A stretch of 64,000 nt of DNA, taken from the NCBI GenBank assembly GCA_965204735.1, contig OZ242008.1, positions 960,001 through 1,024,000 on the forward strand, read 5' to 3'. The translations under genes and the position numbers were made by a program. The notes under the pieces are model-generated. The model was given only the letters and a program-made list of their open reading frames with translations. It made no database searches and had not been told where the DNA came from. The DNA comes from Longimicrobiales bacterium (GTDB lineage: Bacteria > Gemmatimonadota > Gemmatimonadetes > Longimicrobiales > Gaopeijiaceae). Of the stretch, positions 17,485 through 25,456 are shown piece after piece (position 1 is the first letter of the stretch; each line of letters begins with the position of its first letter).

Positions 17485-19575
17485 ATGGCCGCGGCCAAGT
17501 CGTTCAAGACGGAGCAGATACGCAACGTGGTGGTGCTGGGGCACGGAGGGTCGGGCAAGACGACCTTGATCGACGCGCTCTGCTTCGCGGCGGGCACCTC
17601 GAAGAGGCGGGGCCGGGTCGGCGACGGCAACGCCCTGACCATGACCACTCCGGAAGAGACGGCCCACGGGATGTCGATGCAGCTGACCGTCGCCCATGCC
17701 GTGTGGGAGGGGACCAAGATCAACCTGCTGGACACTCCCGGCTACATGGACTTCGTGGGCGAGGCCGTGGCCGCCGTCCGGGTGGCCGACGCCGCGGTGG
17801 TCGCCGTGACGGCCCAGTCCGGCGTGGAGGTCGGGACGGAGATGGTCTGGAAGCTGTGCGACCAGCGCGAGCTCCCCCGGGCCGTCTTCGTCTCGATGAT
17901 GGACAAGCAGCACGCCGACTTCGACAAGGCGTTCCGCGACGTCAAGGACGCGCTGGCGCCCGGCGCGGTCCTCGTCGAGCTGCCCATCGGCGAAGGCGCC
18001 GACTTCCGTGGAATCGTGGACCTCTTCACCGGCAAGGCCCGCCTCTTCAAGGAGGGGACGCCCTCCGGGGAGTACGACGAGGCCCCGGTTCCCGACGAGA
18101 TCGCCGACCAGGTCGAGGAGTGGTCCACCGAACTGATGGAGACGCTGGCCACCACCGACGAGGACCTCCTGAACCGCTACTTGGAAGGCGACGAGATCCC
18201 GCCCGAGGAGGCGATGGCCGCCATGGCCGAGGCCGTGGCGCAGGGCGAGGTCGTGCCCGTCTTCTGCGGCGCGGCGGAGCTCTCCTTCGGCGTGCGCGGC
18301 TTGGCGGAGAAGCTCGTCGCTCTCGCGCCCCACCCCGGCCGGGCCGAGATCGAGGCGTCCGGCCCCGACGACGAAGCCGTGGCGCTCCGCCCCGCCGACG
18401 ACGAAGTCGCCGCCGCCCTCGTCTTCAAGACCAGCGCTGAGCCCCATGTGGGCGAGCTTTCCTTCTTTCGCGTCTTCTCGGGGATGGTCGTCAACGGCAG
18501 CGACCTGTCGAACACGGCCCGCGACGCCACGGAGCGGCTCAACCACTTGGCCGTGCCCATGGCCAAGGAGCGCGTGGAGGTGGAGGCGCTCCACGCGGGC
18601 GACATCGGCGTCGTCGCCAAGCTCAAGTCCACTCGCACTAACGACACGCTGGCGGCCCCCGGGAGCCGGCTCGAGCTGGCCGGCGTCGCGTTCCCCAGCC
18701 CCGACATCTCCGTAGCGGTGCGGGGCGCGGCAAGGGCCGACGAGGACAAGCTCGGAGAAGCCCTGAGCCGGCTCCATCAGGAGGACCCGACGTTCTACGC
18801 CGAGTTCAACCCGGAGCTGCGCCAGACGATCGCCCGAGGGATGGGCGAGCTCCACCTGAGCGTCCACTTCGAGCGCATGAAGCGGAAGTACGGCGTCTCG
18901 GTGGAGACGGAGCAGCCCGGGATCGCCTACCGGGAGACGATCACCGCCGTCGCCGAAGGACAGGGACGCTTCAAGAAGCAGACCGGAGGCCGAGGTCAGT
19001 TCGGCGACTGCTGGGTGCGCCTCCGCCCCAGAGGTCGGGGCGAGGGGTACGAGTTCGCCAACTCCATCAAGGGCGGCGTGATTCCGTCCAAGTACGTGCC
19101 GTCGGTGAACCGAGGCATCCAGGAGGCCGCGGCCAAGGGCGTGGTGGCCGGGTACCCGATGGTCGACTTCGAGGCCGAGTGCTACGACGGCTCCTACCAC
19201 TCGGTGGACTCTTCGGACATCGCCTTCAAGGTGGCCGGATCGTACGCCTTCAAGAACGTGGCGGAGAAGGCCAAGCCCGTCCTCCTGGAGCCGATCGTCG
19301 AGGTGACGGTGACCGCGCCCGACGAGTACCTGGGCGACATCATGGGCGATCTGAACAGCCGCTCGGCCAAGGTGCTGGGCATGGAGCCCTCGGGCGGCCG
19401 CACCGTCATTCGGGCCGAGGCGGCCCAAGCCGAGCTCTACAAGTACGCCTCGGTGCTGCGGTCGATCACGCAGGGCCGGGGCCACCACACCCGCAAGCAC
19501 CTGGGGTACGACGTCGTGCCGGCGGCGCGGGCGGCGAAGATCAAGGAAGAGGCCCGGAACGGCGAGAAGGCCTGA
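17485..19575 (+). CDS. fusA: Elongation factor G-like protein (EF-G paralog outside the str operon)
   Basis: GHGGSGKTT, DTPG, GMGELHL, KKQTGGRGQFG and DGSYHSVDSS motifs. 696 aa, RBS AAGGAG. Confidence 0.9.
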   Translation: MAAAKSFKTEQIRNVVVLGHGGSGKTTLIDALCFAAGTSKRRGRVGDGNALTMTTPEETAHGMSMQLTVAHAVWEGTKINLLDTPGYMDFVGEAVAAVRVADAAVVAVTAQSGVEVGTEMVWKLCDQRELPRAVFVSMMDKQHADFDKAFRDVKDALAPGAVLVELPIGEGADFRGIVDLFTGKARLFKEGTPSGEYDEAPVPDEIADQVEEWSTELMETLATTDEDLLNRYLEGDEIPPEEAMAAMAEAVAQGEVVPVFCGAAELSFGVRGLAEKLVALAPHPGRAEIEASGPDDEAVALRPADDEVAAALVFKTSAEPHVGELSFFRVFSGMVVNGSDLSNTARDATERLNHLAVPMAKERVEVEALHAGDIGVVAKLKSTRTNDTLAAPGSRLELAGVAFPSPDISVAVRGAARADEDKLGEALSRLHQEDPTFYAEFNPELRQTIARGMGELHLSVHFERMKRKYGVSVETEQPGIAYRETITAVAEGQGRFKKQTGGRGQFGDCWVRLRPRGRGEGYEFANSIKGGVIPSKYVPSVNRGIQEAAAKGVVAGYPMVDFEAECYDGSYHSVDSSDIAFKVAGSYAFKNVAEKAKPVLLEPIVEVTVTAPDEYLGDIMGDLNSRSAKVLGMEPSGGRTVIRAEAAQAELYKYASVLRSITQGRGHHTRKHLGYDVVPAARAAKIKEEARNGEKA

Positions 19576-19646
19576 GCAGCCGGCGACCTGGACGGCCGCG
19601 CCTTGCTGTCCCGGCCCGTGGGCGCCGGGCTCTCGTCGCCTCTGGT

Positions 19647-20783
19647 CTAGCTCTCGCAGATCGACGGGTTTGCCGCCAGCCAATCGAGAAGCGCTTCGGC
19701 GGCCCACTGGTGGCCTTGCGGGCTCCAGTGCGGATCGTTTGGCCAGTGGGCGTCGTACGGATCTCCGCCACGGGCCAGAATGTGGTCCATCTGGTCGATT
19801 GCGGGAATGTCGCGCGCGGATGCCAACCGCTCCATGTAGTCGAGCATCGACGCAGCATTGGGACTCCTGGTCGCGACGAACCCCGACAAGATCACCAGCG
19901 AGCTTCCTGCCTCCTGCGTGTTCTTCTTCCACTCGTCGAGTGCGAAGGCCGTGAAAGTCCGGTCACGTTGTCGCTGCGGCCACACGAACGGATCGCGACG
20001 ATCCAGGGACGGGAAGACAGGCGACAGATTCGCGCGCAACATCGGAAGCCGCATCTTGATCCACGTTCCAACGTACGGGCGAAGAACATCCGGGACGAAT
20101 CCCCAAGGCGGTGGACTTTCGAATGGATGTGAAGGGTGTGGTCGGGAGGAGACGCCGGGCGCAATCAACTCCAGCGTCCCGTCCTGGTCCGCGCGCACGT
20201 GGGCATAGGGAACGCCACGCATGGGACTCCTCCCGTTGTTGCCGAAGTCGTTGGGCGTGAAGACGAGCACCACCAGCTTCGGCGAGCGGTGGCCGATCCA
20301 CTCGTCCCACCATGGGAGCTGGGCGACTTGCCCCGTGTTGTGGTGGCCGTATGCGGACACGGTGACGTCCCATCCGGGCAAGCGCTCCGCCGCCATCTGT
20401 TCCAGGCGGACTTGAAGCTTGTCGGACACTTGGACTTCGTTCGCCTCGACGTAGGAGTCGCCGACGACGGCCACGTGACAGCTGGCGGCGGCGCGCTGGG
20501 GGCTGAGCGGTTCCCGGTCCAGGAAGCCAATGCTGTTGGCGCGCTGGACCGTCCACCAGTCGAGGGTGTTCGTCGAACGGACTTCCGAATGGGGCTTGAA
20601 CCGCACGCCGACGCCGGGCACCAGCTCGGTGACGTGCGTGGTGCTTCGAAAGGGCCACGTCAGTCGGAGGTAGGCTTCGGCGGAGGCGACCACCGCGCAG
20701 GAGGCTGCCGCGAACGCCAGCGCGTTCCAGAGTGCGATGCGCGCCACGGCGGAGCTGCAAAGGCGGGAACGCGCCGTCGTCAT
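19647..20783 (-). CDS. SGNH/GDSL-fold protein (AlgJ/AlgX-like), array copy 5
   Basis: N-terminal TM anchor, GDSYVE, G..GQ, NDF and DPHWSPQGH motifs. ATGA overlap with the upstream gene. Confidence 0.8.
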   Translation of the reverse strand: MTTARSRLCSSAVARIALWNALAFAAASCAVVASAEAYLRLTWPFRSTTHVTELVPGVGVRFKPHSEVRSTNTLDWWTVQRANSIGFLDREPLSPQRAAASCHVAVVGDSYVEANEVQVSDKLQVRLEQMAAERLPGWDVTVSAYGHHNTGQVAQLPWWDEWIGHRSPKLVVLVFTPNDFGNNGRSPMRGVPYAHVRADQDGTLELIAPGVSSRPHPSHPFESPPPWGFVPDVLRPYVGTWIKMRLPMLRANLSPVFPSLDRRDPFVWPQRQRDRTFTAFALDEWKKNTQEAGSSLVILSGFVATRSPNAASMLDYMERLASARDIPAIDQMDHILARGGDPYDAHWPNDPHWSPQGHQWAAEALLDWLAANPSICES

Positions 20784-21958
20784 CCGTTGCAGACGGACGG
20801 GTTTGCGGCCAGCCATTCAAGGAGCGCCTCGGCGGCCCACTGGTGGCCCTGGGGGGTCCAGTGACTGTCGCTGGCAAAGTGCGCATCGCGGGGGTCGCCG
20901 CCCCGAAGGAGAACGTGGTCCAGCTGGTCGATTACGGGGATGTCGCGCTTGAAGGCCAACCGCTTCATGTCGTCGAGCATCGACCTGGTTCGCGCGTGAC
21001 CGGGCGCCGCGTCGTGGCCCGACAGAACGACCAACGAGGCGCCTTCCCCATGCACTCGCTCCTTCCACTCGTCGAACGCGAAGGCGGTGAAGGTCCTGTC
21101 CCGTTGCGTCCACTCGAAGAACGGTCCCGGACGGTCCCGGGACGGAAGGGCCTGCCACAGCTTTGCTCGCCAGATCGGAAGCCGCCGTCGGATCCAGGTC
21201 TCGACATGGGAACGAGGCTGTCGGGGGGAGTAGAACGGTAGGGAGGCGCGCGCGCCGGGCAAGGTCGGCTCGTAGCTGGTCCACTCGACGACCTCTTCGT
21301 AGTAGTCGGGGAGGGAGACGCGCGCGCCGGGCAAGACCAGCTCGCGGCTGCCGTCTTGGGCCGTTCGCGCGTAGGCGTAGGGCCAATCTCCCACCCGCCG
21401 CGACCGCCCGTTGTTGTAGAAGTCGTTGGGCACGAAGACGAGCACCACCAGCTTCGGCGGACGGTGCCTGATCCACTCGTCCCACCATGGGAGCTGGGCG
21501 ACCTGCCCCGTGTCGCGGAAGCCGTAGGCGGCGACGGTGACGTCCCATCCGGGCAAGCGTTCCGCCGCCATCCGTTCCAGGCGGACTTGAAGCTTGTCGG
21601 ACACTTGGACTTGGTTCGCCTCGACGTAGGAGTCGCCGACGACGGCCACGTGACAGCTGGCGGCGGCGCGCTGGGGGCTGAGCGGTTCCCGGTCCAGGAA
21701 GCCAATGCTGTTGGCGCGCTGGACCGTCCACCAGTCGAGGGTGTTCGTCGAACGGACTTCCGAATGGGGCTTGAACCGCACGCCGACGCCGGGCACCAGC
21801 TCGGCGACGTGCGTGGAGCTTGGAAAGGGCCACTTCAGCCGAAGGTAGAGTTCGGCGGAGGCGACCACCGCGCAGGAGGCCGCCGCGAACGCCACCGCGT
21901 TCCAGAGTGCGATGCGCGCCACGGCGGAGTTGCGAAGGCGGGAAAGCGCCGTCGTCAT
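20780..21958 (-). CDS. SGNH/GDSL-fold protein, array copy 4
   Basis: GDSYVE, NDF and DSHWTPQGH motifs. ATGA overlap. Confidence 0.8.
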   Translation of the reverse strand: MTTALSRLRNSAVARIALWNAVAFAAASCAVVASAELYLRLKWPFPSSTHVAELVPGVGVRFKPHSEVRSTNTLDWWTVQRANSIGFLDREPLSPQRAAASCHVAVVGDSYVEANQVQVSDKLQVRLERMAAERLPGWDVTVAAYGFRDTGQVAQLPWWDEWIRHRPPKLVVLVFVPNDFYNNGRSRRVGDWPYAYARTAQDGSRELVLPGARVSLPDYYEEVVEWTSYEPTLPGARASLPFYSPRQPRSHVETWIRRRLPIWRAKLWQALPSRDRPGPFFEWTQRDRTFTAFAFDEWKERVHGEGASLVVLSGHDAAPGHARTRSMLDDMKRLAFKRDIPVIDQLDHVLLRGGDPRDAHFASDSHWTPQGHQWAAEALLEWLAANPSVCNG

Positions 21959-23070
21959 CCGTCGCAGACGGACGGGTTTGCGGCCAGCCATTCAAGGAGC
22001 GCCTCGGCGGCCCACTGGTGGCCCTGGGGAGTCCAGTGCCAATCCGTACGGAAACGGGCTTGGCTTTGGCTTCCGCCCTGTCGCAGGATGTAGTCCAACT
22101 GGTCCACGACAGGGATGTCGCGGGCGACCGCCAAGGGCGTCAGTTGATCGAACGCCCACAATCTCATCTCGTTCGAGGTCGCTGCCAGCAAGACCAGGGA
22201 GGCGCCGGCTGGCCGGGTGCGCTCCAGCCACTCGTCGAACGCAAAGGCGGTGAAGTCCTGCCGTCCCGCACCTACGAACGCCGGCTCGGGACGGCGCAGG
22301 GACGGAAAAGCCAGCCACAACTTCTCCCTCCATATCCTGAACCGATGCCGGGCCCACACTCCCACATAAGGTCGGAGCGAGAACGGAAGGAGCTGCCAAG
22401 CGCGGTCGTGCAGAGGCGTCGCGGAGGGCACGGAGACTTGATTGCCGGGCGTGAAGAGTTCCAGGCTGCCGTCTTGGGTCCGTCGCGCCATGGCGAACGG
22501 CGGCTCTGCGGTGACGTGTCGTCTCTGGTTGTCGAGGAAGTCGTTGTGCACGAAGACGAGCACCACCAGCTTCGGCGCGCGGTGCCTGATCCACTGGTCC
22601 CACCAAGGGAGCTGCTGGACTTGGCCCAGGCCCAGGAAGCCGTAGGCGGCCGTGGTCAAGTCCCACTCGGGGAACTGCTCCCGCGCCATGCGTTCGAGGC
22701 GCACCTGCACCTTGTCGGCGATGGGCACCTCGGGGGCCTCGACGAATGAGTCGCCGACGATGGCCACGTGACAGCTGGCGGCGGCGCGCTGGGGGCTGAT
22801 CGGCTCCCGGTCCAGGAAGCCCAGGCTGTTCGCCCGCGAGGTCGTCCAGAAGTCCAACGTGTTCTCCCAGCGCACTTCGGAGCGGGGCTTCAGGCGCAGG
22901 CCGACCCCTGGCACGAATTCGGTCAAGCGTTGGGAGTGCGCGAAGGGCCAAGTGGCGCGCAGATAGGCTTCGCCCGCCGCGAAGACGAGTGCCAAGGCCG
23001 CCCCCAGGAGCAGACCGTTCCACAATGCGATGCGCCAGGGCGAAGCCGCCGTGCCGGAAGACGTCGTCAT
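21955..23070 (-). CDS. SGNH/GDSL-fold protein, array copy 3
   Basis: GDSFVE, NDF and DWHWTPQGH motifs. ATGA overlap. Confidence 0.8.
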   Translation of the reverse strand: MTTSSGTAASPWRIALWNGLLLGAALALVFAAGEAYLRATWPFAHSQRLTEFVPGVGLRLKPRSEVRWENTLDFWTTSRANSLGFLDREPISPQRAAASCHVAIVGDSFVEAPEVPIADKVQVRLERMAREQFPEWDLTTAAYGFLGLGQVQQLPWWDQWIRHRAPKLVVLVFVHNDFLDNQRRHVTAEPPFAMARRTQDGSLELFTPGNQVSVPSATPLHDRAWQLLPFSLRPYVGVWARHRFRIWREKLWLAFPSLRRPEPAFVGAGRQDFTAFAFDEWLERTRPAGASLVLLAATSNEMRLWAFDQLTPLAVARDIPVVDQLDYILRQGGSQSQARFRTDWHWTPQGHQWAAEALLEWLAANPSVCDG

Positions 23071-24182
23071 CCGTCGCAGACGGACGGGTTTGCGGCCAGC
23101 CATTCCAGGAGCGCCTCGGCGGCCCACTGGTGGCCCTGCGGAGTCCAGTGCCAGTCGTATGGGAAACGGGCTTGGCTTCGGCTTCCGCCCTGTCGCAAGA
23201 TGTAGTCCAACTGGTCCACGACAGGGATGTCGCGGGCGGCCGCCAAGGGCGTCAGTTGATCGAACGCCCACAATCTCATCTCGTTCGAGGCCGCTGCCAG
23301 CAAGACCAGACGAGCACCGGCCTGGCGGGTTGCCACCTTCCACTGGTCGAACGCAAAGGCCGTGAACTCCGACTTCGTCGAGGGGGAGGGGGGGGGGGGG
23401 GGCGGTGGCCGTCGTGCCAGGCGAGTCGCCCATGTCGTTCGCCAGATCTGCAGCCTGCGTTGCAGCCACTGCCAAGCGAAGAGGCCGTGAAGCAGATGGC
23501 GACGACGGCCCCCTGCGGGCGAGGCGGTCGGAGGGGGCGCGCCGAAGCTGGCCCTGCGCAACGCGATGCCGCGGTCCTCCGCTCGATGGACCTGGGCGAA
23601 GGCGGTCGGTTGGATCCGGCTCGGCGCGTCGTGCCAGGCGTTGTCGAGAAAGTCGTTGTAGACGAAGACGAGCACCACCAGCTTCGGCGGTCGGCGCCTG
23701 ATCCACTGGTCCCACCAGGGGAGCTGCTGGACTTGGCCCAGGGTCCGGAAGCCGTAGGCGGCCGTGGTCAAGTCCCACTCGGGGAACTGCTCCCGCGCCA
23801 TGCGTTCGAGGCGCACCTGCACCTTGTCGGCGATGGGCACCTCGGGGGCTTCGACGAAGGAGTCGCCGACGATGGCCACGTGACAGCTGGCGGCGGCGCG
23901 CTCGGGGGTCGGCGGCTCTCGGTCCAGGAAGCCCAAGCTGTTGGCCCGGGAAGCCGTCCAGAAGTCGAGCGTGTTCGTCCAGCGCACTTCGGAGCGGGGC
24001 TGCAGGCGCAGGCCGACCCCTGGCACGAATTCGGTCAAGCGTTGGGAGTGCGCGAAGGGCCAAGTGGCGCGCAGATAGGCTTCGCCCGCCGCGAAGACGA
24101 GCGCCAAGGCCGCCCCCAGGAGCAGACCGTTCCACAATGCGATGCGCCAGGGCGAAGCCGCCGTGCCGGAAGACGTCGTCAT
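23067..24182 (-). CDS. SGNH/GDSL-fold protein, array copy 2 (contains a G15 tract)
   Basis: GDSFVE, NDF and DWHWTPQGH motifs. ATGA overlap. Confidence 0.8.
   Translation of the reverse strand: MTTSSGTAASPWRIALWNGLLLGAALALVFAAGEAYLRATWPFAHSQRLTEFVPGVGLRLQPRSEVRWTNTLDFWTASRANSLGFLDREPPTPERAAASCHVAIVGDSFVEAPEVPIADKVQVRLERMAREQFPEWDLTTAAYGFRTLGQVQQLPWWDQWIRRRPPKLVVLVFVYNDFLDNAWHDAPSRIQPTAFAQVHRAEDRGIALRRASFGAPPPTASPAGGRRRHLLHGLFAWQWLQRRLQIWRTTWATRLARRPPPPPPPSPSTKSEFTAFAFDQWKVATRQAGARLVLLAAASNEMRLWAFDQLTPLAAARDIPVVDQLDYILRQGGSRSQARFPYDWHWTPQGHQWAAEALLEWLAANPSVCDG
23388..23402. repeat. G15 homopolymer inside SGNH copy 2
   Basis: Direct count: 15 G, in frame (poly-Pro). Confidence 0.9.
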
Positions 24183-25357
24183 CCGTCGCAGACGGACGGG
24201 TTTGCGGCCAGCCATTCAAGGAGCGCCTCGGCGGCCCACTGGTGGCCCTGCGGAGTCCAGTGCGCATCGTTTGGCCAGCTGGCGTCGCGTGGGTTCCCGT
24301 CGTGGGCAAGAATGTGGGCCATCTGGTCGACTATGGGGATGTCGCGTTCGCCCGCCAGTCCCTTCAAGTTGTCGAAGATCAACCGGGTCTGCGGGTTGGC
24401 GTACATGACATGCGGCACCAGGACGACGAGCGAGGCGCCGGCCGGCCGGGTGCGCTCCAGCCATTCGTCGAACGCAAAGGCGGTGAAGTCCTGCCGTCCC
24501 GCACCTACGAACGCCGGCTCGGGACGGCGCAGGGACGGAAAGGCCAGCCACAACTTCTCCCTCCATATCGGGAACCGATGCCGGGCCCACACCCCCACAT
24601 AAGGTCGCAGCGAGAACGGAAGGAGCTGCCAAGCGCGTTTGTACAGAGGCACGGTGGACGGCACGGCGACTTGATCGCCGGGCGTGAAGAGTTGCAGGCT
24701 GCCGTCTTGGGTCCGTCGCGCCGTGGCGAGGGGCGGCTCTCCGGTGACGGATGGTCTCTGGTTGTCGCGGAAGTCGTTGTCCACGAAGACGAGCACCACA
24801 AGCTTCGGCCGGCGGTGCCTGATCCACTGGTCCCACCAGGGGAGCTGCTGGACTTGGCCCAGGGTCCGGAAGCCGTAGGCGGCCGTGGTCAAGTCCCACT
24901 CGGGGAAGTGCTCCCGCGCCATGCGTTCGAGGCGTATCTGCACCTTGTCCACGATGGGCACTTGGGGAGCTTCGACGAAGGAGTCGCCGACGATGGCCAC
25001 GTGACAGCTGGCGGCGGCGCGCTCGGGGGTCGGCGGCTCTCGGTCCAGGAAGCCCAAGCTGTTGGCGCGCTGAACCGTCCACCAGCCGATGGTGTTCGTC
25101 GAACGGACTTCCGAATGGGGCTTGAACCGCACGCCGACGCCTGGCACCAGTTCGGTGACATGGCTGGGGCTGCGAAAGGGCCAGGTCAGCCGGAGGTAGA
25201 GTTCGGCCGCCGCGACGACGGCGCACGATGCCGCCACGAACACCAGAGCGTTCCACAGGACGATTCGTCCGACGGCGCACGGTGCGCCTTTCCGCACCGG
25301 GGAAGCCCCGTCTTCTGTCGTACGCCGGGTCCGGGGAAGGGAAGGGGACGTGGGCAT
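24179..25357 (-). CDS. SGNH/GDSL-fold protein, array copy 1
   Basis: GDSFVE, NDF and DAHWTPQGH motifs. First gene of the coupled array. Confidence 0.8.
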   Translation of the reverse strand: MPTSPSLPRTRRTTEDGASPVRKGAPCAVGRIVLWNALVFVAASCAVVAAAELYLRLTWPFRSPSHVTELVPGVGVRFKPHSEVRSTNTIGWWTVQRANSLGFLDREPPTPERAAASCHVAIVGDSFVEAPQVPIVDKVQIRLERMAREHFPEWDLTTAAYGFRTLGQVQQLPWWDQWIRHRRPKLVVLVFVDNDFRDNQRPSVTGEPPLATARRTQDGSLQLFTPGDQVAVPSTVPLYKRAWQLLPFSLRPYVGVWARHRFPIWREKLWLAFPSLRRPEPAFVGAGRQDFTAFAFDEWLERTRPAGASLVVLVPHVMYANPQTRLIFDNLKGLAGERDIPIVDQMAHILAHDGNPRDASWPNDAHWTPQGHQWAAEALLEWLAANPSVCDG

Positions 25358-25456
25358 GGCGCAAGTAACGTAACGAGGGCGACGAGCGAGACGCCGGGCG
25401 CGGGCCGGCGCTTCGGAGACGGTGTTCCTTTGGTCGAGCCGATCCGCGTCTCGAGC

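Noticed and set aside
17485..19575. Canonical fusA of the str operon or a TetM-like resistance protein
   Set aside because: There are no rpsL/rpsG/tuf neighbours, and the P-loop is GHGGSGKT. Domain IV motifs are EF-G-like, so it is best called an EF-G paralog.
7590..25357. Diversity-generating retroelement explaining the paralog variation
   Set aside because: There is no reverse transcriptase. Differences are whole-gene, block-wise and not evidently adenine-specific, and no short TR/VR pair was seen.
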